This document shows, in pieces, positions 26,007 through 34,403 of a DNA stretch of 64,000 bases. The stretch lies in assembly GCA_035468285.1 (NCBI GenBank), contig DATISY010000009.1, forward strand, positions 1,134 to 65,133, written 5' to 3'. The number at the start of each line of letters is the position of its first letter. Within the stretch, counting starts at the first letter, position 1. This DNA comes from Acidimicrobiia bacterium. Lineage in GTDB: Bacteria > Actinomycetota > Acidimicrobiia > IMCC26256 > PALSA-555. The position numbers and the translations under genes are program-made. Below the pieces are notes generated by a model. It did no database searches and was not told the DNA's origin. It worked only from the letters and a program-made list of their open reading frames with translations.

Positions 26007-27482
26007 TCAGGCGGCGTCCGCGGGGAGCCCGATCGTCTTCAGCTCGAGGTACTCCTCGAACCCGGCGATGCCGTGCTCACGGCCGATGCCGCTCTCCTTG
26101 TATCCCCCGAACGGCGAGTCGGCGCCGAACCACTGGCCGCCGTTCACCGCGACGGTGCCGGTGCGGATCCGGGTGGCGACCCGGAGGGCCCGGTCGAGCG
26201 ACGCGCCGGTCACAGCGCCGGAGAGCCCGTACCGCGAGTTGTTCGCGATTCGCACGGCGTCGTCGTCGTCCTGGTAGCGCAGGACGGCGAGCACGGGACC
26301 GAAGATCTCCTCCTGGGCGATCGTCGATTCTGGGTCCACGTCGACGAACAAGGTGGGCTCGACGAAGTAGCCCTTCGGGAACCGGTCGGGAACTCCCCCT
26401 CCGACCGCGAGGCGGGCGCCTTCGGCCTTCCCTTGCTCGATGTAGCCGAGGACGCGCTCGCGTTGCCGCGCGTTGATGAGCGGGCCCATGAGGTTGGCGG
26501 GATCGGTGGGGTCACCGTACGGGAACCCGGCGAAGGCCTCGGTGAGCATCTCGACGCCCTCGTCATACCGGGACGCGGGGAGCAGCATCCGGGTGGTGAT
26601 GGCACACCCTTGGCCGGCGTGCATGCACGTCATCGACCCCGACGGGACCACCGACGCGAAGTCGGCGTCGTCGAGCACGATGCTCGCCGACTTGCCTCCG
26701 AGCTCCAGGAAGACTCGCTTCAAGGTCTCCGCGCCGCGGGCCATGATCCGCTTCCCCGTGGCGGACGAGCCGGTGAAGCTGATCATGTCCACGCGGGGGT
26801 CGCCGGTGAGGACCTCGCCGACTTCGGACTTGTCCCCGGAGGCGACGACGTTGAGCACGCCGGGGGGCAGGTCGGTCTGCTCGGCCGCGAGGCGACCGAG
26901 GAATGTGGCGCTCCAGGGCGTATCGGGTGCCGGCTTGAGCACGACGGTGTTGCCCGCAGCGAGCGCCGGACCGATCTTGGAGAGGTTGAGCATGAACGGA
27001 AAGTTCCAGGGCGTGATCGCGCCACATACTCCGACCGGCTCCTTGAACACCCGGCGCGCGCTGCGCATCCCCATGAACTCGTTGACGGGGAGGTCCTGTT
27101 CCCATTCGTAGGCGTCGATGAGGTCGATGTCCCACTGCAGGTCGTCGATGCACGAGTCGAGCTGGATGGCGTAGGTGAGCATGATCGGGGTGCCGACCTC
27201 GGCGACGATCTGGGGACGCAGCGTCTCGCGTTCGCGGTCGAGGGCGTCCTTGAGCTGCTGGAGGCAGCGGCGCCGAAGTTCGCGGTTGGTGGACCAGTCG
27301 GTCTCGTCGAAGGCGCGGCGGGCGGCGCCGATGGCACGGTCCATGTCGGGGGCGCCGGCGTCGGCGACGTGGCCGATGATCTCCTCGGTCGCAGGGTTGA
27401 TGTTCGGGAACGTCGCGCCCGAGGCGGCGTCGGCGAGCTTCCCGTCGATCAGGAGGCGAGATTCAGCGTCGAGGTCAGCCAT
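26007..27482 (-). CDS. NAD(P)-dependent aldehyde dehydrogenase
   Basis: 'FTGSSATGKRI', catalytic Glu 'LELGGKSA', catalytic Cys 'HAGQGCAITTR', C-terminal 'GGYKESGIGRE'. Confidence 0.95.
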   Translation of the reverse strand: MADLDAESRLLIDGKLADAASGATFPNINPATEEIIGHVADAGAPDMDRAIGAARRAFDETDWSTNRELRRRCLQQLKDALDRERETLRPQIVAEVGTPIMLTYAIQLDSCIDDLQWDIDLIDAYEWEQDLPVNEFMGMRSARRVFKEPVGVCGAITPWNFPFMLNLSKIGPALAAGNTVVLKPAPDTPWSATFLGRLAAEQTDLPPGVLNVVASGDKSEVGEVLTGDPRVDMISFTGSSATGKRIMARGAETLKRVFLELGGKSASIVLDDADFASVVPSGSMTCMHAGQGCAITTRMLLPASRYDEGVEMLTEAFAGFPYGDPTDPANLMGPLINARQRERVLGYIEQGKAEGARLAVGGGVPDRFPKGYFVEPTLFVDVDPESTIAQEEIFGPVLAVLRYQDDDDAVRIANNSRYGLSGAVTGASLDRALRVATRIRTGTVAVNGGQWFGADSPFGGYKESGIGREHGIAGFEEYLELKTIGLPADAA

Positions 27483-27549
27483 TCGTTCCTCACGGTTCGT
27501 GTCCGGGTCCGTGCCCGATCAGCCGGGAGAGTACCGCTACTGTCGGTGG

Positions 27550-29118
27550 GTGCGGATCGCCGCGCTTGACCTCGGCACGAACTCGTTCCATCTCCTCATT
27601 GCCGAGGTCCAGGGCGACGGTCACTTCGAAGCGTTGGCCCGCGAGAAGGCGATGATCCGCCTCGGCGATGTCGTCGTCCGGAAGGGCCGGATCACGTCCG
27701 CCGCGGCGGACGTCGCCGTCCAGACCGTCCGCCGCTTCAAGCTTCTCGCCGACGCGGCCGACGTCCAGGAGATTCACGCCTGCGCGACCAGCGCCATCCG
27801 CCAGGCAGCCAACGGGGCCGCGCTCGTCGATCGGATCGAGGCCGAGACCGGCGTCGCGGTCGAGGTGATCAGCGGCCGACGCGAGGCCGAGCTCATCTTC
27901 GGGGCGATCCGAGCCAGCGTGCTCCTCGACCCCGCGCCGGCGCTGTGCTTCGATCTCGGCGGCGGCAGCCTCGAGGTGATGGTCGGCGACGCGGCCAGCT
28001 TGCAGTGGGCCACGAGCGAGAACCTCGGGGTCGGGCGGCTCACCGCAGACTTCGTGCACAGCGACCCGATCTCCAAGGACGACCGCCGCCGCCTCGAGCA
28101 GCACCTCGCGTCGGTGCTCGCGCCGGTGGCGGAGGCGGTGCAGCCGTTCGCTCCGAAGCTGGTCGTCGGGAGCAGCGGCACGCTGATGGACCTGGCGCAC
28201 ATGGTCACGGCCCGCCGATCGGGCGATGTTCCCGTGTCGCTGAACCAGCTGAGCTTCAGCCGCAACGAGTTCCTCCCGCTGCACAAGCAGATCCTCACCT
28301 CGAAGGCCAGCGAGCGGCTGCGGATGGACGGCCTCGAGGCGCGCCGCGTCGATCTCATCCCCGCCGGGTCCATCGTGCTCGCGGTCGCGATGGACTGCTT
28401 CGGCTTCGATGCCATGACGGTGAGCGAGTGGGCATTGCGTGAGGGGATCGTCCTCGACGTGATCGGCCGCCACGATCCGGCCGACTGGTCAGACGACCCC
28501 CGGGCGATCCGGCGGGCGTCGGTGCAGGGCTTCGCCCGCCGCTCCACGTGGTCCGAGCAGCACGCCCGGCAGGTCGCCCGCCTTGCGCTCGAGCTGTTCG
28601 ACCAGACCAACGAGCTCCATGGTCTCGGCCCGAACGAGCGTGAGCTCCTCGAGTACGCGGCGCTGCTCCACGACATCGGCGAGCACGTCTCCACGACCGG
28701 TCACCACAAGCACGGCGCGTACCTGATCCGACACGCGCAGCTGCGCGGGTTCACACCCGAAGAGGTCCAGCTGCTCGCGGGCCTCTCCCGATGGCACCGT
28801 CGGGGAGAGCCCAAGCTGGGCGACGACTTCGCGCTCGTGGACCGTGACCACCTGCGGGCCCTCGCGGCGATTCTGCGCCTGGCCGACGGGCTGGACCGCA
28901 GCCGCAGCAACGCGGTCGATCATGTCGAGGTCAGTGTCGGCCCGTCGCTGGTGATGATGCGACTCCGGTCCTCCCGCGACACCGAGCTCGAGCTCTGGGG
29001 CGCGCGCCGCAAGCGGGAGCTGTTCGAGAAGGTGTTCGAACGCGACGTCGAGATCACGACGCATCCTGCGGGCTCGGCGTTGCCGGGAGCGGCTCAGGAG
29101 GGGCCGGTGACCGTCTGA
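27550..29118 (+). CDS. Ppx/GppA-family exopolyphosphatase / guanosine pentaphosphate phosphohydrolase with C-terminal HD domain
   Basis: GTG 27550 'VRIAALDLGTNSFHLLI' (ASKHA phosphate-1), 'FDLGGGSLE'. C-terminal 'LLHDIGEHVS...HHKHGAYLI' HD motif. Confidence 0.85.
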   Translation: MRIAALDLGTNSFHLLIAEVQGDGHFEALAREKAMIRLGDVVVRKGRITSAAADVAVQTVRRFKLLADAADVQEIHACATSAIRQAANGAALVDRIEAETGVAVEVISGRREAELIFGAIRASVLLDPAPALCFDLGGGSLEVMVGDAASLQWATSENLGVGRLTADFVHSDPISKDDRRRLEQHLASVLAPVAEAVQPFAPKLVVGSSGTLMDLAHMVTARRSGDVPVSLNQLSFSRNEFLPLHKQILTSKASERLRMDGLEARRVDLIPAGSIVLAVAMDCFGFDAMTVSEWALREGIVLDVIGRHDPADWSDDPRAIRRASVQGFARRSTWSEQHARQVARLALELFDQTNELHGLGPNERELLEYAALLHDIGEHVSTTGHHKHGAYLIRHAQLRGFTPEEVQLLAGLSRWHRRGEPKLGDDFALVDRDHLRALAAILRLADGLDRSRSNAVDHVEVSVGPSLVMMRLRSSRDTELELWGARRKRELFEKVFERDVEITTHPAGSALPGAAQEGPVTV

Positions 29119-29717
29119 TCGATGATCCGGGCGGTGGTCTCGACGAGCGCCCCGTGGGTGACGCCGAGCTCCTCGATCTCGCGGTGGAACGCGGCGACAC
29201 GCTCGGTCATGGCGATCATCGCTGACGCAGCCGCGATCGGTGACATCGCGGCGTCGAGTCGTCCGGCCCGCTGTGCCTCACCGATCTTGGCCGCGAGCGC
29301 CTCGGTGATCGGGCGCAACGACGCGTTGCGGACGGCCCGGAAGCGCTGGTCGCCCTCCTGGGCGGCGAGGTTCCGGGTCCGGAGCACGGCGCGGTGCTGT
29401 GACCAGGAGTCGACGAACGCGTCGACCATCCGGTGGGACGACTCGTCGCTCCACGGCTCGTCGAGGCCGGCCAGGACGCCGCCGAGGTCCTCGGCGGCCT
29501 CCTCGGCGAGCACCAGGACGGCGTCCTCGACCGCTCGGAAGTACTGGTAGAAGGTCGCGGGCGACGTCCCGGCGGCGCGGGCGATGTCGACGACGCGGAG
29601 GTCCCGGAGCCCGCGGGTCTCGAGCAGGTCCCGGGTGGCATCGAGGAGCCGACGACGGGTCAGCGTGCCTCGCCGGCCGAGGGACCGGCCGTCGAGGGCC
29701 ACGGACGGTGACGTCAC
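29094..29717 (-). CDS. TetR/AcrR family transcriptional regulator
   Basis: 'RRRLLDATRDLLETRGLRDLRVVDIARAAGTSPATFYQYF' HTH. GTG start 29717 (or 29702). Its 3' end overlaps the convergent Ppx gene by 25 nt. Confidence 0.85.
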   Translation of the reverse strand: MTSPSVALDGRSLGRRGTLTRRRLLDATRDLLETRGLRDLRVVDIARAAGTSPATFYQYFRAVEDAVLVLAEEAAEDLGGVLAGLDEPWSDESSHRMVDAFVDSWSQHRAVLRTRNLAAQEGDQRFRAVRNASLRPITEALAAKIGEAQRAGRLDAAMSPIAAASAMIAMTERVAAFHREIEELGVTHGALVETTARIIDQTVTGPS

Positions 29718-29730
29718 CGGGGGGCGAGCC

Positions 29731-30966
29731 TTATCCGAGCGCGCCCGCGTCGCTGAGCGCGTCGTGGCGGGCTTGGTCGTAGCCGAGGACGTCGGTGAGG
29801 ATCTCGTCGGTGTGCTGGCCCACGGTGGGTGCCCGGGTGGGGACCGGCAGCTCCTCCCCGTCGAGCTTGACGGGGAGGGGCATCTCGTCGGCGCCGAGCC
29901 GATCAGCGGGGAACCACGGGAACCGGTCTTGGAACTGGGGGTCGTCGATGATCGTCTTGGACGTGTTGACCGGCGCGATCGGCGTGTTGACCTCGTTGCC
30001 GAACGCGAGCCATTCCGCGGAGGTGCGGGTGCGGAAGATGTCGCGCAGCTCGATCTGGAGCTCGCGGTTGTTCCGCGCGTGGTCGGCGTACTCCTCACCG
30101 GGCCAGCGCTCGAAGAGCTCGGGGCGTCCGACCCCCTCGCAGAAGTTCTTCCAGAACGCCCGCTCCGACGCCATGAAGAGGACGTGCCCGTCTGCCGATT
30201 CGTACATCTGGTACCGGACACCTTCACGCATGCCCGCGGTGCCGGGGGCGCGGCGCTCGTAGTTGTCGCTGGCGTTGCCGGTGACCTCGGACTGCGGTCG
30301 CTCGTAGGCACGCCAGGTCTCGATCCGGTACCAGTCCATGTAGGCGGCGGCGTCGGACTGGGCGAGCTCCATCGCGGTGCCTGCCCCGGTCGCTCGGGCC
30401 CGGGTGACCCCGGCGAGGAGCGCCAGCGCGCCGAGGAGAGGCCCCGCGTGGATCCCCATCGACGGGTGCTCGGGGAGGTAGCAGAACCCTTCGTCGTCGT
30501 ACGCGGCCGGGACCAGGCCGGCCCACGTGTCGAACGCGATGCCGTGCGCAGGCAAGTCGCGGTACGGGCCGGTGGCGCCGTAGCCGGAGATGGAGCAGAA
30601 GACGATCTTCGGGTTGACCTCGCGGAGGTCGTCGAAGCCCAGGCCCCGCTTCGCGAGGGCGCCGGGGCGCATCGCCTCGACGACCGCGTCGGCGTTCCGG
30701 ACGAGGTCGAGGTACACCTCGATCCCTTCGGGCTTGCGGAGGTCGAGGGTGATGCTGCGCTTGCCGCGATGGATGTGCAGGTGCAGCAGCGAGTCGCCTT
30801 CGATGATCGGCCAGGTCATCCGCCGGATGTAGTCACCCTGGGGGGGCTCCACCTTGATGACGTCGGCGCCGAGGTCGGCGAGGAACGAGGCGAGCTCCCC
30901 AGGACCGAGGAGCGAGCTCTCGATGATCCGCACCCCGGTGAGGAGCCCACGGTCCGGGGCGCTCAC
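29731..30966 (-). CDS. CaiB/BaiF family III CoA-transferase
   Basis: 'LTGVRIIESSLLGPGELASFLADLGADVIKVEPPQGD' N-terminal signature. 'AISGYGATGPY' region. Confidence 0.9.
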   Translation of the reverse strand: MSAPDRGLLTGVRIIESSLLGPGELASFLADLGADVIKVEPPQGDYIRRMTWPIIEGDSLLHLHIHRGKRSITLDLRKPEGIEVYLDLVRNADAVVEAMRPGALAKRGLGFDDLREVNPKIVFCSISGYGATGPYRDLPAHGIAFDTWAGLVPAAYDDEGFCYLPEHPSMGIHAGPLLGALALLAGVTRARATGAGTAMELAQSDAAAYMDWYRIETWRAYERPQSEVTGNASDNYERRAPGTAGMREGVRYQMYESADGHVLFMASERAFWKNFCEGVGRPELFERWPGEEYADHARNNRELQIELRDIFRTRTSAEWLAFGNEVNTPIAPVNTSKTIIDDPQFQDRFPWFPADRLGADEMPLPVKLDGEELPVPTRAPTVGQHTDEILTDVLGYDQARHDALSDAGALG

Positions 30967-31667
30967 AGCGGATCACCCGCGGACAGCAACGTCTTCGGAT
31001 GGGGAGTCATGAGCTCCTCGCGCCAGGTGGTCAGGAACTCCCGGGCCCGGGCGCGCCACCGGGTGATCCGGTCGTCCGTGGCCTCGGTCGCGGCGGCCTG
31101 CAGCGCGCAGTGCCCCGCGGGGTCGGTCGCCCAGATCGTGAGCACCTCACGATCGGTGAGCAGGACCTCATACAGCCCAACGAGCCCATGCCCGTACTCC
31201 TCGAGCACCGGCTGCCACTCCTCGCGGAGGGCGGCGAGATAGTCGAGGGCCACGCCGGGGCGGCAGCGGGACAGCTCGTGGACGAACACGCTGGCGTGCA
31301 CATCAGCGCGGCGCAGGTCGGCAAACGACGGGCAGCCGGGCGCGCCGGCGAGGAGCCGGTCGACCCCACCCGTGCGGACCTCCAACGCCCGGCGCCACCA
31401 CTCCTCGAGCTCCGGTGTCCGCGTGCGCTGCAGATTCGTCCGCTCCATGAGCGCCCGCCAGCTCTCCCACCCGTCGACGCACTCCCAGAGGTTGACCACC
31501 TGGGGCCACCGTCCCGTCGAACCCATCGTGTACCAGGTGCCGACGAGGTCGAGGGTTCCCCCCGAGGCGGCCGACGCACCCCGTTCGGCGGTGTGCTCCA
31601 TGTACGGCATCGCGCCTTCACCGACGATGTCGATGTACTCATGGAGATACAGCTTCCGGCTCGACAC
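30963..31667 (-). CDS. NIPSNAP-like (tandem dimeric alpha-beta barrel) protein
   Basis: GTG 31667 'VSSRKLYLHEYIDIV'. 'VNLWECVDGWESW' and a second repeat 'VFVHELSRCRPG...LTIWATD'. 4-nt overlap with the CoA-transferase start. Family call is tentative. Confidence 0.5.
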   Translation of the reverse strand: MSSRKLYLHEYIDIVGEGAMPYMEHTAERGASAASGGTLDLVGTWYTMGSTGRWPQVVNLWECVDGWESWRALMERTNLQRTRTPELEEWWRRALEVRTGGVDRLLAGAPGCPSFADLRRADVHASVFVHELSRCRPGVALDYLAALREEWQPVLEEYGHGLVGLYEVLLTDREVLTIWATDPAGHCALQAAATEATDDRITRWRARAREFLTTWREELMTPHPKTLLSAGDPL

Positions 31668-31766
31668 CGGGCGGGATCGTATCGGACCGTCGCGTCTCGG
31701 ATCCCGGTCCGGTCGCCGGGCGGCAGGCCCACCGCGAGCCAAATCGCGGCGTGCCACGATGCGATC

Positions 31767-32693
31767 GTGTCGAACGACATCCCGGAGCGCCGCGGTCGGA
31801 TCCGGGTCCTGGTCGGTCCCGGTGTCGTCGATGCGGGGATGGTGGAGGAGCTCCGCGTGTTCGCCGCCGCCGGTGGCCTCGGCGTCGCGAACACGTGGGG
31901 CGCGAAGGGCGTGTTCGCCTGGGACAGCCCCCACCATCTGGGGACGTGCGGCCTCCAGGCCCGCGACTTCGAGCTCCTCGGCTTCGCCGACGCCGATCTC
32001 ATCGTCACCATCGGCCTCGACGACGCCGAGTCACCCCCCGGTCGGGTTCGGCTGGCGCCGCTCCTCGAGCTGGAGCCGGACGACCTCGTCGCCGCGGCCG
32101 GTCGTGTGCGCGCGGAGGGAGACCCGATCCGCAACGACCTGTACCCGCGGCTGGCCGCGGTCGCGCAGCCAGGGTTCGTCGACGACTCGGTGCCGCTCCA
32201 CCCGGCGCGCGCCGTCGCCGACCTCGGCGCCGCGCTCCCCCCGGACGGGTTCCTCAGCGCCGAGCCGGGGGTGGCGGGCTTGTGGGTCGCGCGGACGTTC
32301 CCCACCCCGGCGTTGAGCCCGGGGGCGCCGCGCCGCGTCGTGGTTCCCGCGCATCGCGAGCCGGGCATCGGGGTGCGGCTCGCGGTGGAGCAGGCGCGGG
32401 CCGGTCGACCATCGATCGCCGTCGCCACCGCGCCCCTCGACCCGGCGAGCATCGCCGCACTCGACCAGATCCGCGACGAGCGTCTCCCGCTGGTCGCGAC
32501 CGTTTGGGATGACCAGGCCCCCGGTACGGGCCGCGTCGAGACCTACCGGGCTCGCATCGATGCCGCCCTCGCGGCGGGACGGCCCGGGGTGGTGGAGGTT
32601 CCCGTGAACCTCGACGCGACCGGTCAGCTCCTCGCGGCCGCGGGGGAGGTGGTCGCGTGGGGCGGCCTAACCTCCGCCGAGTCGAGGGGGTGA
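31767..32693 (+). CDS. Thiamine-diphosphate-enzyme-like protein lacking the N-terminal PYR domain (middle + degenerate PP domain)
   Basis: 'IRVLVGPGVVDAG...GLGVANTWGAKGVFAWDSPHHLGTCG...ADLIVTIGLD' matches the TPP_enzyme_M pattern. The C-terminal domain has 'TAPLDPASIAALDQ...PLVATVWDD' where GDG...NN is expected. GTG 31767 start is tentative. Confidence 0.6.
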   Translation: MSNDIPERRGRIRVLVGPGVVDAGMVEELRVFAAAGGLGVANTWGAKGVFAWDSPHHLGTCGLQARDFELLGFADADLIVTIGLDDAESPPGRVRLAPLLELEPDDLVAAAGRVRAEGDPIRNDLYPRLAAVAQPGFVDDSVPLHPARAVADLGAALPPDGFLSAEPGVAGLWVARTFPTPALSPGAPRRVVVPAHREPGIGVRLAVEQARAGRPSIAVATAPLDPASIAALDQIRDERLPLVATVWDDQAPGTGRVETYRARIDAALAAGRPGVVEVPVNLDATGQLLAAAGEVVAWGGLTSAESRG

Positions 32694-33493
32694 CGGCACC
32701 GGTGCCGACGGGACGGATGGCGATCGTCACGGGGGCTTCCTCGGGGATCGGTCGGGCGGTTGCGCTCGAGTTCGCTTCCCTGGGATGGCGTGTCGCGTTC
32801 GGTGCCCGCCGCACCGACCGACTCGAGGACGCCGCGGTGGAGGCGCGTGACCGGGGCGGCGAGGTGTTCGTGCATGCCCTTGACGTCACGGACCCGTCGT
32901 CCGTCGCGGGGTTCTTCGCCGCTGCGGAGGCCGCGCTCGGACCGGTCGACGTGCTGGTCAACAACGCGGGGGTCGCGGCGCCCGGATGGCTCGACCAGGT
33001 GCCGGTCGAGGCGCTCGACCGGGAGGTCGCGACCAATCTGCTCGGTCCAATCTTGATGACGCGACTCGCCATCGGCTCCTGGAAGCAGCACGGCCGCGGC
33101 GGTGACGTGGTGTTCGTGACCTCCGACGCGTCTCGCCACCCCCGGCCGCGCATGGCGGTGTACACGGCGACGAAAGCCGGGCTGGAGGCGTTCGCGCAGG
33201 CCCTCGCCATGGAGCTCGAAGGATCCGGGGTCCGGTCGACCGCGGTCCGGGTCGGCCCTACCCTCACCGACTTCGGGTTCGGGTGGCCGATGGACGACAT
33301 CGAGGACCTGTTGGGCTACTGGCCCCGGTTCGGTCTGCAACGCCACAACGGGCTACTCGACGCGTCGGCGGTCGCCCACGCGGTGGTCACCGCCGTGACC
33401 GCGCCGGCTGGGGTGCACTTCGACACCATCGAGGTCCAGCCCGAAGCCCCCGTCGACGGTGGGCCCGCACAGGCGATCGAACGTCCCGGCTGA
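32690..33493 (+). CDS. SDR family oxidoreductase
   Basis: 'MAIVTGASSGIGRAVA', 'NNAGV', 'YTATKAGLEAF'. GTG 32690 overlaps the upstream stop (GTGA). GTG 32657 or ATG 32717 are alternative starts. Confidence 0.85.
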   Translation: MTAPVPTGRMAIVTGASSGIGRAVALEFASLGWRVAFGARRTDRLEDAAVEARDRGGEVFVHALDVTDPSSVAGFFAAAEAALGPVDVLVNNAGVAAPGWLDQVPVEALDREVATNLLGPILMTRLAIGSWKQHGRGGDVVFVTSDASRHPRPRMAVYTATKAGLEAFAQALAMELEGSGVRSTAVRVGPTLTDFGFGWPMDDIEDLLGYWPRFGLQRHNGLLDASAVAHAVVTAVTAPAGVHFDTIEVQPEAPVDGGPAQAIERPG

Positions 33494-33514
33494 GCGGCGC
33501 CGACCGTCGCGGCG

Positions 33515-34336
33515 TCAGCCGTCCTGCATGTAGCGGCGCACCAGGCGTCGGCTGCGGTGACCGGTGTGTTCCATGATTCCGGCGTCGCTCGCCCCTTGCG
33601 CCGCCGCGGCCGCGACCATCCCTCGCCGTAGCGACCGTCCCGCGTACGGGGTGGGGTCGAGACCGGCGGCCCCGGCGGACCGGCGGACGATGCGCGTGAC
33701 AGCCTTCGGGCTGAGGCCCGCGTCCCCGAGGCGCCCGTGGCGGTCGACGCCGCGAAACGCGGCGCCGCCGCGCAGGCCGGCGGCGCGTCTCCATCGGGTC
33801 CAGGCGCGGACGGCGCACAGCTCGACGGCCGATCCGGGAGGCACGACAACCGTTCCTCGGGCGATCCGGACCCGTAGCCCCTTCGCCACGCGTCGCACAT
33901 CGTCGGTCGCGAGGCCGGCGAGCTCGCCGGGGCGCAGACCAGCTCCGTAGCCGAGCAGCAGGAGGGCCCGGTCTCGCGTCCCCGCGAGCGAGTCGGGCAG
34001 CGCCCGGGACATGGCGCGGAGCTCCTCGACGCCCAGCGGGACCGTGGCACGTGCCGCGCCCCGCTGGCGCCACTCGGCACGTGCGACGGCGAGCCGCACC
34101 GGGGCGTCGCCGGTCGGGGATGGCTCCCCCGCGTCGAGATGCGCGGCCCGGACCGCGGCCAGGCGTCGTCGCACGGTCGCGACCGTGTGACTGCGGGCGA
34201 CGTCATCGAGGTGGCGGGCGACGGTGCCGGCCGTGGCGGGCAAGGACGCCAGTCGCCGCTCGTCGCACCACGTGGTGAACGCGCTCCAGTCAGCGGCGTA
34301 GGCCCGGACGGTCGACGCGGCCCGCACGGCCCGCAC
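33515..34336 (-). CDS. Tyrosine-type site-specific recombinase/integrase (short, 273 aa)
   Basis: N-terminal SAM-like 'TVRAYAADWSAFTTWC'. Catalytic Arg 'GYGAGLRPGEL'. Box II 'YAGRSLRRGMV...MEHTGHRSRRLVRRYM' with terminal Tyr. Confidence 0.8.
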   Translation of the reverse strand: MRAVRAASTVRAYAADWSAFTTWCDERRLASLPATAGTVARHLDDVARSHTVATVRRRLAAVRAAHLDAGEPSPTGDAPVRLAVARAEWRQRGAARATVPLGVEELRAMSRALPDSLAGTRDRALLLLGYGAGLRPGELAGLATDDVRRVAKGLRVRIARGTVVVPPGSAVELCAVRAWTRWRRAAGLRGGAAFRGVDRHGRLGDAGLSPKAVTRIVRRSAGAAGLDPTPYAGRSLRRGMVAAAAAQGASDAGIMEHTGHRSRRLVRRYMQDG

Positions 34337-34403
34337 CGTAGCCCTGGGGTCCGATAACTGGCACGGCGTTGACCCGGGCTCGGGGGCCGCGGATCCTTCG
34401 GGT

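Noticed and set aside
32640-32693. C-terminus of the ThDP-like protein (…VVAWGGLTSAESRG) as a possible secondary encapsulin targeting peptide.
   Set aside because: There is only a loose resemblance to the GSLxIGSLK consensus. There is no Gly/Ser linker and the gene is 8 kb from the shell gene. I checked the C-termini of the other proteins in the window and saw no convincing targeting peptide.
33494-34403. Calling the tyrosine recombinase plus flanks a mobile element or genomic-island boundary.
   Set aside because: I could not find direct or inverted repeats, a tRNA target, an excisionase or a compositional change in the flanks. Only the gene itself is reported. Island status needs comparative genomics.
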